Below are positions 37,360-46,610 of a DNA stretch of 64,000 nt, piece after piece. Numbering within the stretch: position 1 is the first letter of the stretch; each line of letters opens with the position of its first letter. The DNA is from an uncultured bacterium (lineage in GTDB: Bacteria; Verrucomicrobiota; Verrucomicrobiia; Limisphaerales; UBA8199), in NCBI GenBank assembly GCA_963749495.1, contig CAVVMW010000002.1, forward strand, positions 1 through 64,000. Reading direction: 5' to 3'. The notes below the pieces were generated by a model. It was given only the letters and a program-made list of their open reading frames with translations. It was not told the origin of the DNA and searched no databases. A program made the translations under genes and the position numbers.

Positions 37360-38112
37360 GTGCGGACCGAAACTTCGAATTCCCAATCCGAGGCGCAGAG
37401 CGGCGTCTTCGCCACGACGCATTGGAGCGTGGTGCTGGCGGCCCGCCAACGGGAGACGCCGGAATCGGCTGCGGCCCTGGAACGGCTCTGTCGGACCTAC
37501 TGGTATCCGCTCTACGCCTACCTGCGCCGAACCGGGCATGGTCCCGAGGATGCCGAAGACTTGGTCCAAGGTTTCTTTCTGCATTTGTTACGACGAGAGG
37601 TCCTGAAGTCCGTTCAGCGTGAAGGAGGCCGCTTTCGCTCATTTCTCCTGACCACGCTGAAGCACTTCGTGTCGGACGAAAAGGACAAGGCCGCAGCCAA
37701 GAAACGAGGCGGCGAACACCGGTTTATTTCCTGGGAACGGGATAAAGAGGAAGAGCAATTCCTCCGCGAGCCTGTGGATATGGAGTCTGCGGACCGCTTG
37801 TTCGAGCGGCGCTGGGCGTTGATCTTGCTGGAACGCGCGATGTGCCGCCTTCAGGAGGAGTCTGCCGCGGCTGGAAACGCCCAACGATTTGCTCAGCTCA
37901 AGGGATTTGTTTCGGGCGAGAAAGGTGCGCCGTCCTACGCGGAAGCGGCCGAGCGGACTGCCCTGAGTCCTGGCGCCCTCAAGTCAGCCATCTTCCGCCT
38001 CCGGCGGCGTTACCACGAACTGATTCGCGAGGAAGTGAGCCAGACCGTCGTGGAACCAAAGGAAATCGACGAAGAACTGCGCTATCTGCTGCGGCCATTC
38101 AGCGCCGGCTGA
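37360..38112 (+). CDS. ECF sigma factor (kinase-associated type)
   Basis: FATTHWSVV, LCRTYWYPLYAY, GRFRSFLL, IDEELRYL. Confidence 0.9.
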   Translation: MRTETSNSQSEAQSGVFATTHWSVVLAARQRETPESAAALERLCRTYWYPLYAYLRRTGHGPEDAEDLVQGFFLHLLRREVLKSVQREGGRFRSFLLTTLKHFVSDEKDKAAAKKRGGEHRFISWERDKEEEQFLREPVDMESADRLFERRWALILLERAMCRLQEESAAAGNAQRFAQLKGFVSGEKGAPSYAEAAERTALSPGALKSAIFRLRRRYHELIREEVSQTVVEPKEIDEELRYLLRPFSAG

Positions 38113-38177
38113 GTTGGACCTCGCAGCGCCGCGCAACTTCTTCCCGTTTCTTCCGAGGTACATTTAAAATAAGAACG

Positions 38178-41100
38178 ATGCCCTCTGAAGCCCTTCGCAA
38201 AACCCAGTGCGCCGTGTGCGGCGGGCCGCTCCCGGCCGATGCAGTGGAATCGGTCTGTCCCCGTTGCGCGTTCGACGGGGCGCTGGGACTCTCGGCTGCC
38301 CAGCCAGGAGCCGGGGCTGGCACGGACGCTGAAACCGGCAAGGACCGCAAACCTGCCGGGACGCCACAGGTCTCTGCCGCGGGTTCGACCTTTGGCGACT
38401 ATGAATTGCTGGAGAAAGTCGGCGAGGGCGGCATGGGGGTGGTTTTCAAGGCGCGCCAGAAGAGCCTGGACAGGATTGTGGCAGTCAAGATGCTGCGGTT
38501 GGGACCGCACGCAGCGCCCGAGTTCGTGAAGCGGTTCCGCGCGGAGGCCATCGCGGCCGGGAGCCTGCAACACCCGCACATCGTCGCCATCCATGAGGTG
38601 GGCAGCTATCAAGGGCAGCATTTCTTTGTCATGGATTACGTCGAGGGGCAGAGCCTGGCCCGGTTGATTGGGAACCATCCCGTGCCGGCCAGGCAAGCCG
38701 CGCAGTATGTCCGGACCATTGCCGAGGCGGTGCATTACGCGCACGAGCGCGGCCTCCTGCACCGCGATCTCAAGCCCGCCAACGTGCTGGTGGATGCACA
38801 GAATCAAGTGCGGGTCATGGATTTTGGCCTGGCCAGGCGGTTGGAGGGAGACTCGGAATTAACCTTGACCGGGCAGGTCTTGGGTTCACCGCATTACATG
38901 CCCCCGGAGCAAGCGGCAGGCAAACGCGGCCGGGTCAGCCGCCGCACGGATGTTTATGGGCTCGGGGCAATCCTCTATCATCTGCTGAGCGGGCGCCCGC
39001 CATTCGTCGGGGAGGAATTGGCCGACATGCTGCAGCACGTCTTGAACAGCGAACCGGTGTCGCCGCGGTTGTTGAATCCCGCCGTGCCGCGAGACTTGGA
39101 AACGATCTGCTTGAAGTGCCTGGAGAAGGAGCCGGCACGCCGCTACCCAACCGCCAGCGCCCTGGCGGACGAACTGGGGCGGTTCCTGCAAGACCAACCC
39201 ATCGAGGCGCGCCCGGTCGGGCGGTTGGAGAAGCTCTGGCGCTGGTGCCGCCGCCAACCGGTGCGGGCGGCACTGATCGCCGCGTTGGTTATGGCCCTCC
39301 TCCTGGGCGCGTTCGGAGTGCTTTGGCAATGGCAGCGCGCCGAACGCCAACGACGGCGGGCCGAGGCCGGTGAGTTGCGCGCCTTGCGGCTCGCATACGT
39401 CTCGGACATGAACCTGGCCTTCCAAGCGGTGGAGGCCGGCGACCGCGGTCGGGCCTTGGAATTGCTCAACCGCTACTGGCCTGTCGGAGTACGCGGACCC
39501 CGAAATCCGAGATCCGAGATTGATCTGCGCGGCTGGGAATGGCGCCACCTGTGGAAGCGGTGCGAGAGCGAGGCGGTCGTGACGCTCACTAATTACCCCT
39601 ATCTGGTTGGCGGTTTAGCCGCCTCGGCCAATGGGCGCTGGCTGGCGGTCAGTACCGCCACCAATATCATGATCTGGGATTTGGTCGCCCGTCGGGCCAC
39701 CGACCGCGTCCCCATCACTGCTTGCATGGCGGTACTCGATGTCTCCGCCGATGGCCGGCTGGTGGCCTGTGCCGAAGCGGATATGACGGAGTTGGCGAAA
39801 GACTTCAGGGCCGTGGTTTTCGACACCACGACCCGTACTATCGTGGCCCGGTTTGCGCATCCCGGGACTTGGTGGCTGGCCCAGGTTGCGCTCTCACCCG
39901 ACACACGGGTGCTGGCGACGCTGGATTGGGCAAAGGACCAGGGGTTTGTGAGGCTGTGGAGTCTGGAGACCAAGCAGTGTCTCCATTCCATACCCGTGCC
40001 GCCGGGCAGCTCCATGACCGTTGGCAGGCTGCGCTTCTCGCCAAACGGCCAAGTGCTTGCCATTGGCCAGAGCGACGGGCACCTGCGATTGATCAACTCG
40101 GCCACGGGCGCCGCGCGGCAAGACATCCCTCCACCCGCTGCCTGTGGTCCCATCACCGCTCTTGCCTTCGCGCCGGATGGAAAGCAGCTCCTGGCCGGCT
40201 ATGGCCGGATTGAGCACGGCGGCTTGGCGACCAACGTCTGCATCTGGGACGTGCCGACCGGTGAGCCAGCCGGGCAATTCGTTGGCTGCCATGACTCGGT
40301 CAATTCGCTCTGTTTTTTGCAGGACGGCCGGACGGTCGCCTGCGCCGGCGGCGATGGGACCATTCGTCTCTGGGATGTGGTCGCGCGCAAGGAAATGCGC
40401 CGATTGTCCGGGCATGCCGGCGCGGTCTATGCGGTGGCGGCTTTGACTGATGGCAAGACCCTGGTCAGCGGTGGCCAGGATGGCTGCGTCTGTCTCTGGA
40501 ACACCGACTATCGAAAGCCGGAAAACGCCACCGGGTCGTTACCCGCGAACATTCAGGACTTTGCCTTTACGCCCAACAGCCGGCGGGTCGCCACGGTGAA
40601 CGGCGAGGGCCGAATCGAGGTCTGGGACACGCCAACCCTGCAACCCGTCCTCGGCATGGGTCCGCTCGGTGCGAGCAACCTGTGCCTCGCCCTGGCCTCC
40701 CGCGCGGAGCGCCTGTTGCTGGCGGCGGGCACGGAAGGCGGTTGGGTGAAGGTCTGGGACATTACTTCTCTGGCTGAGCCTCGGCTGGTGAGCGCCTTCA
40801 AGGCCCACAACGCCACAGTGGCCGTTCTGAAGTTTGATCCGCGCGCGCAGACCCTCCTGTCCTCCGCATTCCTTCCGGGCGCCTGGGCTGATTCCGACCC
40901 CGGGAACTTCAAAGCTCGGGATACTTCCTCCTGGCGCGAACGGCCCGAGTTCAGCGTCGGTTCCCACCAGGTCGCTTACCTGCCCGAGGCCAACCTGATG
41001 GTGGTCCGCCGCGGGCCGGTCGGAATGGACTTTGCCGTCCGGGACCTTCGGACGGGCAAGGAGAGGATGATCGGGGCCGGGCACAAGCATGCTCTCTCTG

Positions 41101-41492
41101 TCTTGGTCTTCTCGCCCGATGGCCGGTGGTTCGCCTCGGGAAGCTACGACGGCACGGTCAAGCTTTGGGAGGTGGGTCCGTGGCGCTGCGTGGCGACCCT
41201 CAGAGGAATGAGCTCTGTGGTACGCGATGTGGCCTTTTCACCTGACAGCCAGCGCTTGGTTACCGGGTCCAATCCCGTGAAGTTGTGGGACCGTGCCACT
41301 TACCACGAACTGGCAAGCCTTGCTTTGGACGGGACGGGTGTGCGGTTTTCACCCGACGGCAGCACCCTCGCGGTCCGGGACAGGTCCGGCACGACGCACT
41401 TCTGGCGCGCCCCCGCGCTGGCCGAGATAGAGCAGGCCATGCATCCGAGCGGAAACGGAGGACCTCCTTCCAACCAGACAGCACACCACTAA
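38178..41492 (+). CDS. Ser/Thr protein kinase with WD40 repeats
   Basis: GEGGMG, HRDLKPAN, DFGLA, YMPPEQ, TM segment, many WD repeats. Confidence 0.95.
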   Translation: MPSEALRKTQCAVCGGPLPADAVESVCPRCAFDGALGLSAAQPGAGAGTDAETGKDRKPAGTPQVSAAGSTFGDYELLEKVGEGGMGVVFKARQKSLDRIVAVKMLRLGPHAAPEFVKRFRAEAIAAGSLQHPHIVAIHEVGSYQGQHFFVMDYVEGQSLARLIGNHPVPARQAAQYVRTIAEAVHYAHERGLLHRDLKPANVLVDAQNQVRVMDFGLARRLEGDSELTLTGQVLGSPHYMPPEQAAGKRGRVSRRTDVYGLGAILYHLLSGRPPFVGEELADMLQHVLNSEPVSPRLLNPAVPRDLETICLKCLEKEPARRYPTASALADELGRFLQDQPIEARPVGRLEKLWRWCRRQPVRAALIAALVMALLLGAFGVLWQWQRAERQRRRAEAGELRALRLAYVSDMNLAFQAVEAGDRGRALELLNRYWPVGVRGPRNPRSEIDLRGWEWRHLWKRCESEAVVTLTNYPYLVGGLAASANGRWLAVSTATNIMIWDLVARRATDRVPITACMAVLDVSADGRLVACAEADMTELAKDFRAVVFDTTTRTIVARFAHPGTWWLAQVALSPDTRVLATLDWAKDQGFVRLWSLETKQCLHSIPVPPGSSMTVGRLRFSPNGQVLAIGQSDGHLRLINSATGAARQDIPPPAACGPITALAFAPDGKQLLAGYGRIEHGGLATNVCIWDVPTGEPAGQFVGCHDSVNSLCFLQDGRTVACAGGDGTIRLWDVVARKEMRRLSGHAGAVYAVAALTDGKTLVSGGQDGCVCLWNTDYRKPENATGSLPANIQDFAFTPNSRRVATVNGEGRIEVWDTPTLQPVLGMGPLGASNLCLALASRAERLLLAAGTEGGWVKVWDITSLAEPRLVSAFKAHNATVAVLKFDPRAQTLLSSAFLPGAWADSDPGNFKARDTSSWRERPEFSVGSHQVAYLPEANLMVVRRGPVGMDFAVRDLRTGKERMIGAGHKHALSVLVFSPDGRWFASGSYDGTVKLWEVGPWRCVATLRGMSSVVRDVAFSPDSQRLVTGSNPVKLWDRATYHELASLALDGTGVRFSPDGSTLAVRDRSGTTHFWRAPALAEIEQAMHPSGNGGPPSNQTAHH

Positions 41493-41696
41493 CCTGGATG
41501 CCTTCCGGAAATTCAAGCTCATAGTGGCCCGCCAGCGCCGCCGTTCACCGCGCCGTCGAGAATCTCACTTTGGCGCGTAACTTTCTTCCCCGTTTTCCCC
41601 GGTACAGAGATGAAAGCAGCCTGCGTCCTGTGGGGCGCACCCAGGCCGGCTGCCAACCATAACCACCATAAACTCGAAAACGCAAAGAATAAAAGT

Positions 41697-43127
41697 ATGA
41701 GAAACTCGATGTTCATCCGGGGGCTCGCGCCCCTCGCGGTGTGTGCCCTGGTGGCGCCGACGGCGGTGCGGGCCCAGCCGACGTCATTCACCGCCACCGG
41801 CTGGGTCAACGCGGTGTTCGCGCCGGGCGGCATGGCGGGCATCATCTGTACCAATGCCCTGGGCCAAGTCCTAGTCCGCGGCCTCGTCCACACCACACGG
41901 GTGCAAGCCACGGACGCCCGCGTCACGGGCCAGGTGCTCGACATCAGCGACGGCAGCTACAATGCCGACGGCACCGCCAACGTGCAGGGCCCGGGCTATC
42001 TGCAAGTCGGCACTTGGGACCCGGCCGGCACCAACTTCACGCCTGCCGGCGGGATGTGGGAGGTCAGTTACGGCGGCACCATGGGGGCCGACGGCAGTCT
42101 GCAACTCCACATTGTCGGCTACGGCTGCGGCGGGACCATTGACGGGTTGCGCCTCGACGAGACGCTGACGCGGGCAGCCGGACCGATCCTGGACCCAACC
42201 ATTCCCTACCTCTACACCGGCACGATCAAGCCGCCGCCGGTCAGCACCACGCTGGATTCTGACACCTTCACTAACCCTGTTCCCCAGGGCTGGACTTCCG
42301 GCTCCGGCTCGGGGACGGCGACGCTCGTCCCAGGCAACCAGCAAATGACCTTGCAGGCGCAGTTTCCTGGTCCCTCCTCGGACTCCACGAGGACACTCGC
42401 TTGGGCCACCCGCAACCAAGCCTGGGCGGTGGACGACAGCCAGACCCTCGAATTACGGGTGGACCTGGTGCGGCTCGAACCGGCCACAGAGGCGGTGCTG
42501 GGGATCTTCGAGAGCTTGGGCGGTCCGGGCTACAGCATGACCGTGGGCCACGAGTATGTCACGATCAACAAGTACATGGGGGGACTGGCAGTCCTCTGCG
42601 GGTACAAAGTCACCATAAAGACGAACGTCGTTGCGAGCCTGGCCTTGACCGGAGAGGGGGAAAATGTGCTGCTCACTGCTCGGGTACTGGACAAGGACAA
42701 TCAGGATGCGGTCATTCGTGAACTGACGTTCCTGGACACGCCCGCCTCAGACCCAACCTTGAGCAACACTCAGTTCGTGGCCATCTCTGGCTTCGATTTG
42801 ACGGACCTAATGCCTAACCCAGCCGGCCCACCCTATAAAAGCGGCGGGATGCCGTGGCTAGGGCTTTGGCAAAAGACCGACGGCCATCAGCCCGCAGCCG
42901 AGGCCACTTTCGCCAACTACGCTCTGCGGAAATATGAAGTGCCGCCCCTGAGCATTGCGCGGGCCGTGCAGATCGAGTTCCCCGCTCCCGCCGGGGCGAT
43001 CTGTTCTCTCCAAGGCGGGCCAACCCCTCAAGGCCCGTGGCTGCGGGTCCAAGAGTTGCCGATGCCCGGGATGCAGCAGGTGACTGTACCGATCAACCAA
43101 CCTGCGCAGTTCTTCCGCGTGCGGTAG
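41697..43127 (+). CDS. Hypothetical secreted protein
   Basis: Signal peptide, Thr/Gly-rich body, C-terminal QFFRVR. Confidence 0.75.
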   Translation: MRNSMFIRGLAPLAVCALVAPTAVRAQPTSFTATGWVNAVFAPGGMAGIICTNALGQVLVRGLVHTTRVQATDARVTGQVLDISDGSYNADGTANVQGPGYLQVGTWDPAGTNFTPAGGMWEVSYGGTMGADGSLQLHIVGYGCGGTIDGLRLDETLTRAAGPILDPTIPYLYTGTIKPPPVSTTLDSDTFTNPVPQGWTSGSGSGTATLVPGNQQMTLQAQFPGPSSDSTRTLAWATRNQAWAVDDSQTLELRVDLVRLEPATEAVLGIFESLGGPGYSMTVGHEYVTINKYMGGLAVLCGYKVTIKTNVVASLALTGEGENVLLTARVLDKDNQDAVIRELTFLDTPASDPTLSNTQFVAISGFDLTDLMPNPAGPPYKSGGMPWLGLWQKTDGHQPAAEATFANYALRKYEVPPLSIARAVQIEFPAPAGAICSLQGGPTPQGPWLRVQELPMPGMQQVTVPINQPAQFFRVR

Positions 43128-43314
43128 GCACCGTGAGGCGCTGGGTGGCTCCGCCGGAGCGCGATGTGTCCAGCCACGCGGAGCGAATACCAACCAGGCT
43201 CCGGGGCGGCGAGATGAATCATCGCCTTTCTCCGGAGCTTGCCAATTTCGTGCGTGCAAATCGTGGGCCGCACGGTAGGGTTGTGCCAGGGTCGCTGAAG
43301 ACCGCGGGAACTGT

Positions 43315-43774
43315 ATGAATGCTCACAGAGGACGACACAGCAAACGTAGAAGGGCAGGAGAACCCAGCGCGCCAGCGCCGCGTTTCCGCCGCCCTCCGTT
43401 ATCTTCGCTTCCTTCCGTAAGAAGGCCTCCTGCCTTCCTCCCCGCCTTCACCCTGCCTCGAGCTCCTGGTCGTCGTGAAGTCTTCGGAAATGCGCAGGGC
43501 CGCTACCCTCTTCACCTTCATGGATGAGGACGCGCAGACCATGTGCACGGGTGCCTTCTGGGTCAACCCAGACCCGACCGACTCATGGTGGAACATCCCA
43601 GGCGCCCGCGGTCGGGGCGGCGGGGCGAACGTGGCGTTCGCCGACGGACACGTTGTCTTTGAGAAGTGGAGGTTCCCCAGCCGCAGGTGCACAGGATGGG
43701 AGACGCTCGTCCAGAACGCCTCGGATCGCGCCGATCTGGCTTGGGTGGTCAGCCTGGTCCCGAGTGAAAGGTAG
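43315..43774 (+). pseudogene. Internally deleted prepilin-type / H-X9-DG protein
   Basis: AFTL/LELLVVV (frameshifted) joined directly to a C-terminal GANVAFADGHV domain. Confidence 0.7.
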
Positions 43775-43879
43775 GCGGCCAGATAAAAGGGGAGAGGTCC
43801 GGTTATCTTGGCGGCCTCAATCCAGGGGCCAGGGAGAGATTGGGCGTGCAATCCCGCCCGGATTTGGTTCAATGCGTCC

Positions 43880-44078
43880 GTGCGGACGGAAGATTCGAAT
43901 TCCGAAGCCCAGGCGCACAGGGCCGTGTTCGCCACGACGCATTGGAGCGTCGTGCTGGCGGCGGGTGATCCGGCTTCGCCCCAGGCGGCAGAGGCCTTGG
44001 AGAAACTGTGCCGCACCTACGGGTACCCGCTTTACGCATACGTGCGCCGGCAGGGCTACGGCGCGGAAGACGCCCAGA
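43880..44078 (+). pseudogene. 5' fragment of a second ECF sigma paralogue
   Basis: FATTHWSVVLAA...LCRTYGYPLYAY, broken at EDAQ. Confidence 0.88.
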
Positions 44079-44165
44079 ACCTGCCCCAACTGCGGCCACG
44101 TGGCCGTCCGCAACGGCGCCTGCTACAAGTGCATGAACTGCCGCGAGAGCTTAGGATGCAGTTAG
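44079..44165 (+). repeat. Orphan diverged duplicate of the last 87 bp of nrdJ
   Basis: TCPNCGHVAVRNGACYKCMNCRESLGCS*; 77/87 identical to 37162-37248. Confidence 0.95.
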
Positions 44166-44215
44166 CCTGAGAGCCTGGCAGGAACATGGCCTGCTTCTGC
44201 CTCGCGGATCTGTAT

Positions 44216-45587
44216 TCAGCGGGATGAGGCCCCGTGCGGCAATCTGCGCGCCGCCCGCGCGGCAACGAGTTGACAGGGCAGGCAGTAATCGGCCTTTTTC
44301 ACCCCGGGCGGAAATGACACCTGTTCGTAGGCGGTCAGGTGGCCCTCCGCCTGGTGGTAGGCGATGTGGCCATAAAGACTGAGAAGGAAATCGTTTCTGC
44401 GTCCCAAAGACCACAACGCGTTGAGGTACTCGGTCAGGGGCCAGTCATCGAGGTGGTCGGCGAACCGGGTCATCCCGCAGAACTGCCCGCCGGCGGTGAG
44501 CCGGGCGTGGATCACCCGGTGGGCCAGTTTGGCGGGCAGCAGCCCGCTGGACAGCAGCTCGGGCCAGTACCCGGTAATTGGTGTAGGAGGCCAGGTCCGC
44601 CGCGCCCCCCGTCAAGCGCGCGGGCCGCGGCGCCGGTTCCACGTGCGGGGCCAGCCACCAGTCCGAAGGATTCTTCGGCCAGGTCTTCTCAATTGCGCGC
44701 AGGGTGTCCCCTTCGAGGGCCGCAGCCGCGCGGCGCGCCACACCAGGTTTTGTGGACGGCCGGGCCTTTTGGCGCGCGCACAGCTCCACCCACCGCCGCA
44801 GGCCTTTGACCACCCACGCATTGTTGTGGAAATACTTCCGCACGTCTTCCCGCGTGTCTGCCTCGGGAACTCCGGCGATGAGGCCATCCGTCTTCGCCGC
44901 CTCGGCCCGCAGATGGAGGAGCAACTCGGCGATCCGATTCAACGGAGCAAAGCCCTCGTCCCACCAACCTGCGGGACCCGCCCTTTCCGCAAGCAGCGCG
45001 CCGGTGTGGAGCAGTTGGCCGTATTCGCTGATGGACGGGCCGTAGTATTTGATGGTGCCGTCTTCGCGCACGAAATGGACCAGCCAGTAGCGAAACAGTT
45101 GAGCGGCGCGCGTGTTCAGGCCCCAGGCCGAGAGCGCATCCACCGCCGCGATGATGGTGGGGGGAAAACCGTCATGCTCCTCCTTGGCATACGTGCCCAC
45201 GCCATACTTGGGATGGTCGCCGACGAAAGTGGCATCGATGTGCGCGAGCCCGACCTTCACTGACCAATCGAGAAAGGGATGGCCAGTGTTAACCGGCGGA
45301 GAGGTCTGGAGCTGGCGGGCCTTTCCGGCGATCCGCTGCGGGTCGAACGCGGGCTGTCCGGTGAGCCGGGGGAACAGCTTGAGAATGGTGTCGAGGTCCG
45401 GCCGCCCCGCAAACCGCTGGCGGACGGGGTCCTCGCGGAGGGCCACCCAATCTTCCGCCGCCGAATCCGCCGGCGAGGCTTGCAGTTTCAAACACGGCAA
45501 CAGCGCGGCGCCTGCTGCCAGCGCGACTGAGCGGCGGGCAAACTCGCGCCGAGTGATGGATCCGCTGGTTTTGGCGAATTTATGCAT
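44216..45587 (-). CDS. Tat-exported hypothetical protein, possibly glycoside-hydrolase-like; frameshift near 44570
   Basis: ITRREF twin-arginine signal; C-terminus continues in a second frame to 44216. Confidence 0.65.
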
Positions 45588-45639
45588 CGGCTCTCCGGGA
45601 TCTGAAATGCTCGCGCGCCATAGCAATGGCGAAGCTGGT

Positions 45640-45845
45640 TGAAACGCAGGGAACACCCGGTCCTCACCCTTGGGCAGGGCCAACAATTGCCCGCGATCGA
45701 CCTTCTTGCGGATGGTCTCGCGCGTCACCCCGAGAAGCGCGCAAACCTGGCCGGTTTCGAGGCAAGGTTCGGCGGCCTTGCGCAACTCGGCCATGCGAGC
45801 CAAACCCCGCAACCGCGCCTGGTTGAACTCTTTTTCGCCGTTCAT
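45640..45845 (-). pseudogene. Truncated HTH protein (antitoxin-like)
   Basis: VCALLGVTRETIRKKV..GQLLAL...FPAFQ, then unrelated sequence. Confidence 0.55.
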
Positions 45846-46264
45846 GCTCCGCCCGCTCCCGCGGGCGCGGAAGGGCGCAGCAGCCGAATCCGATCCCTGA
45901 GCCTGTCAAAATCGGCATCCAGCACCAGCAATTTGTCACCACGGGCGATCACGGTAGCGGCAATTGCCGCGTCAAAGAACTTCATCTGCTGGCCCTTGCG
46001 CCTGAGTTCGGAGATCAGCGCGGCCAGTTGGGCGGCATCCGCTTCAGTAAAAGTGGAAACCAGGGACCGGAACCTGTTTTGGTAAAGCCTGTGGGCCCGC
46101 TGGCGCAAGTCCGTTCGGACTGGCGGGTGCGTCCCCACCAAGAATTCTGAAGCTGCCAGCGCCGGGATATAATAAGGGCCCTCCTCGTGTTCCGGGAGCA
46201 GGCCGTCGAAGTCGCCCTGCTTTTCCGCGCAGATGAGCACGCTCGTGTCAATCGCCACCGGCAT
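45842..46264 (-). CDS. VapC/PIN-domain toxin
   Basis: IDTSVLI, FDAAIAAT, DADF. Confidence 0.88.
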   Translation of the reverse strand: MPVAIDTSVLICAEKQGDFDGLLPEHEEGPYYIPALAASEFLVGTHPPVRTDLRQRAHRLYQNRFRSLVSTFTEADAAQLAALISELRRKGQQMKFFDAAIAATVIARGDKLLVLDADFDRLRDRIRLLRPSAPAGAGGA

Positions 46265-46499
46265 AGCCGACAACCTCGGAAGCGGCATTCATCGCCATCT
46301 TCAACTCCTTCGCGTCCTGGGCACTAAAGCCACGCCCGCGCAGCAGACGCAATAACTCCGAGCGGGTGGCACCGACTCTCGGATGAATGACTGCAACCGT
46401 CCTGCCGTGACGTTGGACTTCCACCACTTCACCAGCCTGCACCACCCGGTCCAGGATAGTCTTGCTCTCATTGGCCAGTTCAGATGCGGTCACAATCAC
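46248..46499 (-). CDS. Phd/YefM family antitoxin
   Basis: VTASEL...ILDRV..GEVVEVQRHGRTVAVI, overlapping the PIN gene. Confidence 0.85.
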   Translation of the reverse strand: MIVTASELANESKTILDRVVQAGEVVEVQRHGRTVAVIHPRVGATRSELLRLLRGRGFSAQDAKELKMAMNAASEVVGYAGGD

Positions 46500-46610
46500 A
46501 CATGGAAAATATTCATGCCGGCGATGCTTGGCAACCCCTTTTAATTTGGACTATAGTCGAATGAGTTGACTTGGTTTGGGTTTCATTGGATCTGATTTGA
46601 ATTGATTTCT

